DNA of 32,861 bases from Vannella sp. (taxonomy: Eukaryota), in the NCBI GenBank assembly GCA_023345925.1, contig JAJQQN010000387.1, positions 1 to 32,861 on the forward strand. Direction: 5' to 3'. The first letter of the stretch is position 1; every line of letters starts with the position of its first letter. Shown here one piece after another: positions 19,830-32,181 of the stretch. The notes below the pieces were generated by a model. That model saw only the letters and a program-made list of their open reading frames with translations, was not told where the DNA came from and made no database searches. Both the position numbers and the translations under genes were made by a program.

Positions 19830-22190
19830 TTATTGGTCGTTTGGCATGGAATACACTTCAACTTCGTCCAGGCGAGTGGACGAGTGCCCAGCCAGATAAG
19901 TGTCTTGGCGGAAACCTGTCGGGATGATGTACGAGTGAGGGTTACATTGGACTCTCTGTTCTCCCAAGTTGAGTCGAAGATCATTGCCCTGTCCAAAGCA
20001 GGGTCCCAATTTGTTGTTGTTTTGGAGGGCAGTCTTGGCATGCTTCAGATTGAGGAGTGCTGGAGCTCGGCCTTGTCCGTCTGTTAGGGAAAAGAGCACA
20101 GCTAAGGGGTCTTGAATGAACCCTTCAAATTGGAGATGGCGACCTCCCCAGTCCTTATCAGCAAACCCTCCGAAGATGTGGCCGTGTTCAGACTTTGCTA
20201 TCACAAGAGTCGGTCCAGCTTCATCGCAGCGCTGATGGAAAGTAGAAGCGAACCAACCATCTCTTGATGCTTTGTAAAGAAGATTGGATGGTTGGTATTG
20301 CCGCTTGATCATTTGAGCCAAAGCCTGCTTCAAATGAGGCTTTCCTCGCAGGATAGCTTGAAGCTTTGGACCCTGACTTTGTACGTTGCCGATACAGAAC
20401 AGCTCAGCTTCAATTAAAGTAGCCTGAGGACCTCCCAGAAGCAGGTTGTTGGCACTGTCAGGGAAGCTGTGGGGAACTCGGAATGAATGACCAAGTTGAG
20501 AAGCGACTATTTTGTTGCTCAACTGGAACCGGAGGTCTCTTGGGGAGTATTGGAACTGCTTGGAGGCTACAGAGTGGCAATTTTCGACCAGGACTGGACC
20601 TCTTCCAGAAGATCCGCTGTCCAGAGAGAAGAGGAAAGAGTCTTGCCCCGAAAACGAATTGGCTTTGGACCAAGGGCTGGATTGGAATCCACCGAATACG
20701 TGCCCTTGATCGGTCTTCCCAACAAACAGAACAGGATCTCCGATTCTCTCCGCAATCTCTTGGAGTTTTTGGTCATTCCACCCATTGTGAGTTGCTCGGT
20801 AAACCAGCGAGCACTGCTTTCTCCCATTGAGCACTCGGGAAAGCCATCCAATCAGAGTTGATCGCTCTTTTTCGTCAACCACAATCGCTGACTCAAGCGG
20901 ATTCATGTCTAACTGCTCTGTAAGAGAGCAGGACTCTCGAAGGGCCTGTTCGAAGCGTGCACTGTCAAAGCTAAACCGAACTGGGAAAAGAGAGGATTCC
21001 ATCTGAACATCTTCCAGATTCTAGATGAAAGTCAGTCCCAAGACAACATGCCGTTGAGAGGAACCCTAGTCAACGTACCAGAAGCGTTTTCGACAAGATC
21101 TTCTTGTACTGGATAAGGAGGGTGGGATCAGTGACCTCTTTGGGATTACAGGAAAGTGCGTTGGAAGCTGAGCGCTCAATGCTTCGGACGCACTCGATAA
21201 TGGCTGAGCCAAGATTCACTACAAAAGGTCCGTTAGTTAAGTGAGCTTACAAGAAGAGAGAGTCTCACAGTCTCCTTCAGTACGTGCCCGCACAAACTGG
21301 AGAATCTTTTCTTCCTCCTGAACAATGGCCTCCCTCGCCCTATCAAACGCCTGTCGGATGCTATCCTCAACAGCAGAGGATCCCTGACGAAGCTGAGCGG
21401 TCGAGACTTCGACAGTATTCATAAACTGGCTCAGATCCCTTCGCATGTACTCAAAACGCACCGTCATCTCGTCTATCTCCTTTTGGAAGGTTTGGTTGGC
21501 CTGTTCAAAGGAGCAGAGTTGGTGGTCTTTGTGGTCACTCTCGAACTTGGTACAGTAAAGGCAAAGACACTGCGAACAGTCCTGACAGAACAGGTCCTTC
21601 CTCCTTCCTTTGTGCTTGGCGCAGGTCTTGACCCGCTGCATCTCCATCTCGTAAAGCTCGTAGAACTGGTGGCTTTGGAACGCCTCTTTGGAGTGCGTGG
21701 CAACTCGGCACTCGGCGCAGTAGACGACCTCGCACTTGGCGCACTCTTCCTGTCCCAGCCGCTCCTCGCACCAGCCACATTGTTTGTTACTTCTCTTTCT
21801 GTGTGCGTTCTCGCAAGTGGCCGAGAGCTCCTTGTCCTCCTCTAGCGAAGCCACAAACGCGGAAGGAGTGGAGATCACCTCGTTGGTGGGTGAGACTGGC
21901 GTCGCCTTCTTGCATGCAGGGCAGACCACGTGCTCAAGGAAGTAGTGAGGACGAACGGGTACCTTTGCAGAACTCCCAGCTGCAGAGGTAGCCGGCGGAA
22001 TCTCCATCCGCGAAGTGCAAACTTCAAACGATTGAAGAACGCTGAAGCTGAAGAGCTCCGCCGCACATCCTTCACACAGCGGATGCCCACACGCCAGTTT
22101 CTTCGGCCCTCTCGGCAATTCGTTGCACCAAACACACGCAGGAAGCGAAGGCGCCTCGCCTAAGGACGAGGAAGCGCCCCCTTTCATCAT
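19830..22190 (-). CDS. TRIM-like protein: RING - B-box - B-box - coiled coil - TLDc - TLDc
   Basis: RING: CVWC...CGHPLCEGC...CPAC. B-box 1: CGWC...CAKC...YCAEC...H...H. B-box 2: CAKH...FCQDC...CLYC...HKDH. A coiled coil follows. Two introns and a middle exon join this in frame to LVYRATHNGW...GHVFGGF...DSFLFSL and LLYKASRDGW...FHQRCD...GHIFGGF...GPCFG...EVEVY. Confidence 0.87.
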
Positions 22191-22291
22191 TCCCTCCAGC
22201 AAATGACGACGGAGAGCCCCCACGACTTCCTATGAACGTACCAATTGGGTGGGAAGTGGGTGAAAGCCTTTATTTGCTGGGAACGAGGAGG

Positions 22292-22522
22292 ATGAGAGAC
22301 CGCGTGTTGGCTTCCTTTCGCGCTCTGCTTCGGAGTCATCGCAAGCTCCCTCCTTCCGTCTATAAGGAGAGGGTGAGAATGAACATTGTTCATGCTTATC
22401 GCCTGGGATATGCGCCGGGCCAACTCGCCATGGCAGAGGAACTCCCTTCCCAAATGCCCTCTCTCAACAACCTACTCCTCAAGGCCACTGGAGGCAAGCT
22501 ACCTAGCTCACCAGAGAGCTAA
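22292..22522 (+). CDS. Small LYR-motif-like (LYRM) protein, 76 aa
   Basis: MRDRVLASFRALLRSHRKLP...Y...VRMNIVHAYR follows the LYRM pattern VLxLYRxLLR...LP...IRxxFR, with SFR in place of LYR. Confidence 0.55.
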   Translation: MRDRVLASFRALLRSHRKLPPSVYKERVRMNIVHAYRLGYAPGQLAMAEELPSQMPSLNNLLLKATGGKLPSSPES

Positions 22523-22756
22523 TTGCAACACTCCACGCCTTACCACCTCAACCGCCAAGCCAGACAACGACCTGAGCATCGATGACCAACAGTAACCACG
22601 AAGGAGCATTTAATAACGAAGAGAACGAAAAGAATAATAAATCCAATCAAATCAAAAAAGCATGAAAACGGGCGAGAAAGAGCGATTGGAGGGCGAGGAA
22701 GAGGGAGCAGTTCTTTCTCGTCCTCTCTCAGCAGCGTTCCTTCAAAGCCTTTCATT

Positions 22757-25700
22757 ATGAGCGCCATTCTTCCTGTGGAGGAGAAGCTTGTCTCTCACAT
22801 GATGACTCGTTTGGTCAAGCTTCTCTCTGAGGTGAGTGAACGATGCCAAAGGACCCGCTCTCCCTGTCTTGGCTGACTTTCGCGAAGGTGGCGCTTCCTA
22901 AAGGTGTGGAAGAGATGCCCACCACAGAGCTCTCTCGAAGTATCCAAGAGAGGCTCATCCCACTCTCAGAACAAGGTCTGACGACTGTCCTTCGTCACCT
23001 CATCAATGCCGTGGACACCATCTCCAAGGTACGTCAACTTCTTTCACTCCTACGCAGAGAGGATACCACATGGTCCCTCCACGACACTCCTACGACTGTC
23101 GAACCCAACACAGATTCTCACGAAGGGCGGGAGCGATTTAGCAAGTCAACACGGCAGAAGAAGCCTCCATTCGCAATGCTCTGTTGTTGATACATCTTCT
23201 CAATCTCTTCACTGCTTGCTGCCAACGCAAGTGGGACTTTGTGGTACGTTCTCCCGCCCGGCAAAGGGGGCGACCTTCTTGACGGGAACGGGGACACGAA
23301 CTGACTCTTTTCAACAGAAAGACAAGTTCGAGAACATCCAAGGAGTGTCCGGTGTGGCTAAAATACGCCTTCAAGAGAAGCAAGAACTCATCCGCCCTCC
23401 TCCTCTGGAGGACCGTTTGGCTCGAGAGTGTTACGGCAAGATCACCCCGCTGATGGCCAAGGTGTTTCCCTTCTTTCAGGAGAAGGTCCAGAACGCTGCA
23501 TCACGGGCGTTGTTCTTACTGTCCGTCTACAACTACGATGCAATCATCAGCAACTTGACCCAGCACATGCTGCCCCATTGCAATCCCTCCGAGGAGGACG
23601 TTGCTACTCAGCTCTCCTTGTTACAGTACATGAACTATGACGCCTCTCAACTGGCTGAGTTGCTGAAGAAGGTAGACAGCGCAAACCAGACCTACAAGAA
23701 GGAGAAGACTCAGTTTCTTCTGGCCCGCGTGCTGCGGAGGGCCATTTGGAACTGGATTGGAAACTTTCCTATCCAGTTCGTGTCTCTGTGTCAAGGCACG
23801 CTCAAGCTTCAGGGCAACCCAGAGCAGCTCTTCGACGTGTTCGCCACGTGGTCTGGCGGTGCTTCGAAGAAGGATCGCGCCTTTTGGCCCACGCAAACAA
23901 TGCTGTTGGTACTGTGCCCTGACCTCATGCGCAAGATAGCCAAAGGGGACTCTGTGTGCGACCAGTTCGCAGAGAATCTGAAAAAGGAAATCCGAGGAGG
24001 GAAGAAGGTTGAAGTGGCTACGATCTGTTACGTGGACATCTGCAAGGCCGCAACGTTTGTGTCCAACTCTGAAAAGGGGAACTTTGCTCAAATCATTGTC
24101 TCGATGGTTGAGAAGGAACTGAAAGAGCGCCTCTTCCATCCCACCCAGCTCTTCAAGAACGAGGAGGGCAACCCTGACGAGGCTTCGATGATTGATTGCC
24201 TGGTGTCTCTGTTCATGCTATCTCCAGAGAAGATTTCCTCCACTTTGTTCGTTGAATTCGAAGAGAGTTCTAATTCACTGTTCAAGCGGGTTCTTGTGAA
24301 AGCCTTACACCGAATCACCACGGAGAATACGCTGCCTTGGAATCCCCGAATCAGTGACATTTATGACCGCCACTCTGGTAACCTACGAAGGCTCTTCCAG
24401 GAGTTCAAGGGGAGTGCGCACCCCTATCTCGCTGCCAAAGTAGGTGTTGGCAGGAAAGCAGAGAAACAACTGGAGAAAGCAACCGTTGATCTGGATATTC
24501 TCGTGACCCTTATCGAATTATACGCTGAAGATCCCGCTCTCGCTCTCTTCCCATCTGAGGGTAAGGATCAAACGGATGAGGTAACTGCGCTACTGGCAAG
24601 TTTGTGTGACTGCGTGGCAACATTTGAAGTCCCTGAAGTTCAGGAGGCCGCGCGAAAGGCCCTTGTTGTGCTACACAAGCCCGAAAACATTTCTTCTTGG
24701 GACTTAAAGAATCCCACAGAGGCATTTTGGATCATCTCGTCCAACGTTGTTCGCGATCTGGCTGCTAACCTTATCAAACAAAAGCGATGGGAGGTTTACG
24801 AAGTCAAACGAACTCTCCAACTTCTCCACCAGCTCCTCAGCTCTCGCAATCAGTATCTTGAGGCTAACCCAGGAGCACAGCCTAACATGATGAGCGCGCA
24901 ATTGCGCCAGACAGCGAGCACCATGCTTGAGAGTGCTCTCCTTATCCTTCTTCCCTCTATCGAGATAGAAATTGCTTCCCTCGCTGCTCAATGCATCACT
25001 CTACTTTGCGAGGAAATCGGCCATATTCGCTCCAGCATCGATGAAAAGCAGAACTCATTCTTACTGAACTATGACGCTTATCGTCAGCTAGGACCAGTCT
25101 CTGTAATTATCACTGGGCGTGAAGTGCAACAGAGAGCTGTCCGAAAGGTCTTGAGACAGGTTGAACATCCTGCTAATGGCAACGTGACTGCTTGGCGCAA
25201 GTTGTATGATCGCTATAAGCTCTTCATGGGCGCGCTCATTCGCAACATGGAGATTGAAGCAGAGAAAGACGATCCTCGTGCTGCCAAACTGCGAAAAGAT
25301 GAAGTCAATCCCTTTGCCGCGGATATCCCCAAGTCACTCATTGATCGTCCTTCTGAACTGATGGTCCAATGGAACCATTACTTGAACTCCCTCAGTGCTC
25401 TAGCGGCTGTGAGTGTTGGGCAAAAGAACAGTGGCCTTGATGGAAACGATGTTATTCTGACCGATGAGTTTCTCCGGAATCTGATGGAATACCTTGTTCA
25501 CGATTCAGTCAACATCCGAACTGCCGTCAAATCGGCAGCAGGAGCTTCCATGTCCCCTGCAGTGTACGGATCCTTCTTTGATTTGCTATCAGAGGAGATT
25601 GCCAAGCTTAAGGGATCGACTGGACAGACAGAGAACGAGGCCAAGAACACCCTCTTTGTTGACCAAGTAATTCTAGTCTTACGTCTCATTATCGAGCAAG

Positions 25701-28700
25701 CCCATTCCAGTCACCTGGTTCTTCTTACCAATATTGAAGAGCTCATCAGCAATATTGTTCGGTTTGTGAGACAGCTCATTGCGAGCACAACGTCTCTGCA
25801 GATTAAGCATAAGCTGGCCGGTTTAATCGAAGTGATCATGAATCAGAGCGCTCACATTCCCTTCCAAAACGAGCACAAGTTCCGTTCGCAACTTGTTGAT
25901 AGCTTGATCGAGTGGACCTCTGAGTTCTCTTCGAAAGAAACTACTCAATCAGTGGAAAGCACTGCCGACACGAAAGTTAATCTGAAGAAAATGGTCCAAG
26001 ATCTTGATTTGCAGGTGATGTCTGCAATCGCCGCACTCTTGAAGAAGCTTCCACTACAGGGGAAAGACGATGATGCAAAGAATGAGGCCTTCTCCAAACT
26101 GTTCACTTTCTTCACTCGCCTTCTCGATCGATGCCAGCGCGACCCTTCGTCAGTGAACCCTAAAGTGCCTGAGGTCACCATTGAGGGTGTGAGTTTCCTA
26201 GTGGCAGCAAACATTGAACACGGACTCGATTACTTTAAAGAGATGGGATACCATCAGAACGACGAAACCCGAGCTGCATTCCTGAAAGTGCTGGCCAACA
26301 TTCTCAAGCAGGGTACCGAATTTGACACGGTGGAAGAGGTTGACAAATACTACAAGCTGACGGAACTCATCTTTGATTCGCAACTGAGTACAATCCTCAC
26401 ACTTTGCGAGGTAACGCCAATCACTGAGGCAGACGCGATCTGCCAATTATCTGTTCGAGTATTCGAGTCCAACAATGGGATGATGGACTTGATTCGAGCT
26501 TCTATTGTAAGAGAAGTGCAAGTTACAGAGAAGGCAAATACCCTGTTCCGCCTCAACTCGTTTGCAACGAAACTGATGGCCCAATGTTGTAAGCTCATCG
26601 GAGAGGAATACCTTCGGACTTCCGTTGGACCGGAAATTCGGTCTCTCATTGCGAATGCGAGGCCAATGGAAATGGACCCATCTCGCCTCCCAGCTGGTCA
26701 AGATCTCCAAGAGAACTTCTTGAACGTGAAATCTTCGGCGGAACGATTCCTGGCGGACATCAAAAAGTCTCTGTCCGAATGTCCAAAGCCCTTCAGAGAG
26801 ATTTGCTCATTCCTGAAGCAGACTGTCAGTGCCAAGTTCCCTGGAGCAGAGCACACCGCTATTGCTGGCTTCATTTTCCTTCGCTATCTCTGTCCTGCAA
26901 TAACCGCTCCTGATGGCTACAAAGTTATTACTACTCCCATTCAGGACAAGGAAGCTCGTCGCAGTCTCGTGTTGGTCACAAAGGTGATCCAAAACCTGGC
27001 GAACAGATGTCTCTTCGTGAAGGAACCCTTTATGGAGTGCATGAACCCCTTCCTGGAGGAAAACATGGACGACATCAGGGCATTACTTGACACCCTAGCA
27101 GAGGTGCCCGAGAATGCCCCAAGTGTGCAGATTTCTGTTACAGATGAGGAACGCGAGACTGACATGGGATCACTTCACTATTATTTGGTCATGTCCAGAG
27201 AGAAGATCATCAAAGCTGCTGAGGAGAATCCAATCGAAGTAGCCCCTGCGGCTGATGGAGAGACAGAAGTCTCTCAAAGTTGGATTGAGCGTCTCAACAT
27301 CATCCTGGCTCAGTTAGGAGAACCGCCACAGCCTTCCACCAAAAAATCCACTGCACAAACGTATGCCTCGGGTGGTAAGAACTCTCACTATGACGAGTTC
27401 ATGAAGAAGATGTCCAAACAAGACACCGACTTTTTAAAGTCCCGCAATATCTTCTATGCTGAAGGCAAGTCAAAGTCAGGTCTCCCTGTCCTCTATTATC
27501 TTGCCTCCAAGCTCTACCAGGAGAACGAAGCGGAGCGACTTTTATTCTTCATCCTGAAGACTCTACAAGGCTTCCTTTCCAAAAAGTTTGCAGTTGTCAT
27601 CGATCTGACGAATTTCACGACATCCCACGCAATTCCAGTTGACTTGGTCGCTCAAATGTCCAAAGTGATGCCAGAGCAAGCGTTTGAAAACCTTGAAGCT
27701 GTCTATTTGGTACACCCCAATAGCGATTTCCGCAAGTACAGTAAAAGAATCAGCAAGTACGTTGGTCAAGCGCAAAAGAAGGTGGTTTTGTGTACTTTCG
27801 TGCCACAGCTTTTCGAGTTTATCAAAGAGGCAGACTGTGCCCTCCCTGATTCTTCCATTGAAGCAGACAACATTCAAAGTACTTTCTCTCCTGTCACAGA
27901 GATCTCGCTCAACAAAAAGGCGGAAGTGGAGTTGCGAATAAGCAAGGATTCATTGCAGGTGATCTCGCTCAAACCACAACCTTTCTTTTCCACCTCTGGT
28001 CAGCAAGTCGATGCTATTTCAATCGCAAGTATCTCGAACGTTTCCCCCGGGCTTAAAGAGAACGAGGCCGTTATCCGTCTAGAAAGTGGGCAAACTGTGA
28101 CTTTTGTAACAAAGTCGGTTGGACAACTTGTGCAGCAACTGCATGACTCGATGGAACGCTACAAACTCACTCGTCCCCAGGGTAAATCTCGCAAGCGATT
28201 CCAGCCGAGTGATGTTCCTGGGACACTTCTGAATATGGCGCTGTTGAACCTCACTTCCGCTAATCCCACCCTTCGTGTTGCCGCTTACAACTTGCTGACA
28301 GCAGCTTGCCAAGCCTTCTCCTTCAAACTGAACTCCGTATTAGTTGCCGGGTCTGATATTGCACTGGCGCGCAACTGCATGCACTTTGTCATCCGCATTT
28401 CGACAGAGTTATCGAAAGTAGAGCCTGGATTAACACTGGAAATCATTGCAGAGGCTCTGGGAGGAATGAGTGATAAGAACATCTTTATGTTGAACATTCT
28501 TCGCTATCTGAAGCCTTGGCTCCTCAATCTGGCGCAATTCAGTGGACCGAACGCTGATCCCAAGGCTGACAAGACTACGGAGTCCACAATTCAATCATTG
28601 ATTGCTATGACTGTAAGGGAGTCTCGAGACAACATGCCCATGCTTCTCTCGTACATTTGGAAGCCCATTAGTAACTTGGAGTCTCTGTTTGACATGGTAA

Positions 28701-30505
28701 TGAACTGCCTTCTTGGCTTCGTCCTCCCAACCAACCAACTTGACTCGAAGAAGATCGCGTGCGCCGAGGATATCGTGATCACCTTGGCCACAAAGAAGTC
28801 TCAACTGATTGCGGGAAAGATCGTTGCCATGATGATGCAACAGATCCACGCGATGCCCACCTTACCTGAGAGCGCCAGCGGTCCTTTTGCTAACGCTGTG
28901 TGGCTCCGCATTGAAGTGTATTTGCGGTGGCTGATGAGTCTCACCTTCGAAAACCTTGTCAGTCTCGATCAATTCTTACCAGAGTTATTGCACATGATCG
29001 TAATGGTGTCTGGTACTGGCGACTCTCTCGTTCGTGCGGAATGCTACGCGTTTCTTGTCAATTTGGCGCATGCCATCTTTACTAGCCGCACCTGCCACAA
29101 AGATAAGCAGCAGATTCTTCGTGCCAACCTCACTGACTTCCAGGCGGTCACTCACAAAGTGCATTTTGGTGTCCGAACCGCCGGGAAGAACTTTGATCCG
29201 TACCAAACTCAAGATGGACGAGACAACCGCTTTGAAAAGGCCACCATTCCCACTGTTGAAATGATTGCTGTTTCTTTGATGAATCTCCTGAGCTGCTGCT
29301 CTTCTGGCCCTTGTATTGGCACAGAGAAGCACGCCCGTTGGTTAGGAATCACCGCATACGCTGCGTTTACCCCAAATCCTTCCACCCAGGCTCGTGCAGT
29401 CACCACCCTCGGAGTGTTGGCAGCTTCACCAGAATTGGTTTCGGCGGATTTGTTCGGTAGGCTTCTGCAACTGTTGAAGGAGTCCCTTCCAGCGACCGAA
29501 AAGAAGACAAACGATCTTTCTATCGCCATTGTCAAGTGTTTGGGACATCTTTACCCTCACCTGAGCCCCTGGAGCAAGTACTTCAAGCCTTTCTTCTGGC
29601 TAGCCATCTCCTTAGCTCAAATCCACGATGTTGAACTTTTTACCGCTGTTGTTCCTTTAATAAGCAGTACAGTTTCCACTTTGCATGAAACTGGTCACTT
29701 CCAAGCTGAAGGAATGTCCACTTTCTGCATGGCTTCTCGAAAGGGAACGCGTCTGGAACCTCTTTTGGACAAGTTTGACAACATGAATGGAGTCAACTTT
29801 GACACAAGCTTCTCTTTCGCCCTCTCCACCATTCTCTTGAAGGGGCTCAAGACCGCTGCCGTTAAAACATCGACAACCAACGTCATGTCCACAGTCCTCC
29901 GTCTTTGTAATGAGAGCGTTGGAGCGAAAACGCTGGGTTACTTTGCAGGACTGCTGCCCATTAAGGGAGACGACGACGTTGAATTAGTGGCTCGCTTGAA
30001 GAGTTTCTCTTTGACCAGTGAAATCACGATTTGCAACAAAACCATGGTTCCCGACAAAGCCCAGGCCTCCCTCCTCTTCTATTACCTGGCAACGATTCTT
30101 AAGAACTCGGAACTCGAGCACGAACAATTAGTGATTTACCGCACTTTCCTTGCGGGCGTCCACTTCATGCCAGACGTCTTCCCCATTGTGTAAGTCCATC
30201 CGAATCCAATCTGGTCGCCTTTCATTCATCTCATTCTCCTCCTTAGATTCGAGCCAATCAAGGATAAACTCTCGCAAGTCCTTTCCAACACTCAGAACAG
30301 CGAAATCCTCGCCACAGTCCATCAGATCGATCACGAGATCTACGAACAAGCTCTCAGCTCGACTTACACAACTTCTAGCGCCAAGCAAACACTCCAGAGT
30401 CTCGGCTATTTGGGTCTGCAGGGAAGCGACCAATTCAACAGCAAACAACGAACTTCTCAAGTGCAGATTGCTTGCAATATTCTCGATGCCATGCTCGAGC
30501 TCTGA
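22757..30505 (+). CDS. NF1: Neurofibromin-like RasGAP (GAP + Sec14-PH + HEAT-like repeats)
   Basis: Arginine finger TLFRLNS, FIFLRYLCPAI, KVIQNLAN...KEPFM, Sec14-like FYAEGKSKSGLPVLYY, and DVPGTLLNMALLNL...LRVAAYNLL. Model: ATG 22757, three short 5' exons (the third is 23142-23243), exon 23318-30189, and last exon 30247-30505. Confidence 0.95.
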
Positions 30506-30515
30506 TTCTCATAAA

Positions 30516-30557
30516 CCTTCTCCTTTGCCTTCTCCTTTGCCTTCTCCTTTGCCTTTG
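30516..30557. repeat. 12-bp tandem repeat (CCTTCTCCTTTG)x3 plus CCTTTG in a convergent intergenic gap
   Basis: Read directly at 30516-30557, between the NF1 stop (30505) and the AP5M1 stop (30559). Confidence 0.85.
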
Positions 30558-30558
30558 C

Positions 30559-32082
30559 TCATTCATTCGCTTCACTTGGCACAGAGACGAGGAGACTTTG
30601 GCCCACCGAGTTCCACAGCCGATATCCTCCAGGTGCATTGGCAGCTGACTTTTTGATTTGCGGGGCCATAGTAACTGGCAAAGGAGGGGTTACTTGGACA
30701 TCAATGTCCCATTCTGCCCAGTCCACTCCTTCTGCACTCTCGAAATCGACTTCCGCAAAGCTGTTCTCGTTCACGCAAAAGTGGCTCGATAAGGCTTGAC
30801 TTGGGTCCATTGAAGGTGGATTGTGGAAGGTTATGAAGCCCGGAAGGGCAATTGCTTGTCCCAGAGAGCTCTTCGATGCTAGAAACTTCGCTCCTTCGGA
30901 AAAGTCAGTTTCCAAACAATTCTACTTTTGGGGCTTACCAAAGGACCAGACCAAACTGTGGCCATCTGGACCTGCAGCACAACTACCCTCCGTTGGAGTG
31001 GATTCAATGGCGCGAATGCCTCGTTCTCGATGGGGAAAAGATAAGCGAAGGGACAAGCTTTGCAACCGAGTCTGAACTCTGATTTGCAGCAGAAATCTGC
31101 TTTTGGTGGTGTTAATAGCTTTCATCTGGTAACATCCAACAACAGGAAGGGCAGCGAGCGCGGTGTTGTAGGTATAAGGGATAAAAGGCTCCAGTGGCGT
31201 TCGGATTTTGAACCTCTTTTGATGCCTTTCCATTTCAAACACAGTCACCAAGGGCGAGAGACCTTCACGGGATATTGGCAGCGCTTCATTGCCCTTTTTC
31301 AATGTCAGAACCAATTCAGAGTTGCCGGGAAGTTGTGCTTGGACAGTGAAACTCCCTTGAACTAAATACTCTTCGCTCCCTTCCACTCCCACTTCCTTTG
31401 GAAGACTATCTGCATGTAATTGGGCACTTATTTCGTGCCTGAGAGTGACGGACACGCTTGGCAACTTCCCAGTGGGCTGGAACGGCTTCCAAGCCGGTCT
31501 CTAATTCCATCAATTCACTTCGTTTGGTCCGTTGAGAAGACGAGTACTCACTTGAGGGGGTGCAGCGCTCATGCGCGGAGGAAACCCTGTTTTCTGGAGC
31601 TCCCAAAGCCGATTGGCGTCGCTCTCCAAGATAGTGCCGAAAGGCAATGCCGAGCCCAGGAGCATATCGATCTCCTCCCAGTAGAATCCCGCTCCTCGTT
31701 TGCTTCTAGTGAACTCTACCATACGGGCCAGGTCTTCCAGAAAGTCCAAAGCGGTGGCAATGGCAGCAAAGTCCACAGGCGGAATGCCCGCAGTTCCCTC
31801 CAACTGGGGGAGAGCCACATACAGCACATTGTCCCGTTCAATGTGAACCAAAGGAGCCAGTTCTTCTCCTGAAGGAAGGGCGACCCTACCCAACGGGCTG
31901 GTCACTTGAGGAACACGAAAGGAAGAGCCCCCCAAGAACTCTTCCTCCGGCAGCACCAAAGGAGGTAGGCCTTGCCTTTGCCTCGCCAACTGCACTCTCC
32001 TCTCTACCGTGGGAAAACGCCTATCCAACAGCACTTGCCGAGGCTCCGACGAGGACAAGCAGAAGATCGCGCGAAACGGCAT
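30559..32082 (-). CDS. AP5M1: AP-5 complex subunit mu, ~475 aa
   Basis: FRAIFCL...VLLDRRFPTVERR, YVALP, ALPFGT, RPAWKP, LPVVGCYQMK, FCVNENSFA, YRLWNSVG. Exons 32082-31552, 31500-30939, 30893-30559. Confidence 0.85.
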
Positions 32083-32181
32083 CGCGCCAGGAAATGCTCC
32101 AAACTCGCATTTCCCCGCCCTTGCTTGCCTCATGGGGCTGCCTCTGAGTATGTAGGAGAGTATGGAGGGTTTAGTGGGTGG

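Noticed and set aside
23006..23317. First ~104 aa of the 2395-aa ORF as the NF1 N-terminus
   Set aside because: The region contains GTACGT donors at 23029 and 23244. A different-frame exon (23142-23243) and upstream exons from ATG 22757 give a more NF1-like helical N-terminus.
23621..30460. Numerous short minus-strand ORFs inside NF1
   Set aside because: They are antisense to a conserved CDS and show no recognisable motifs.
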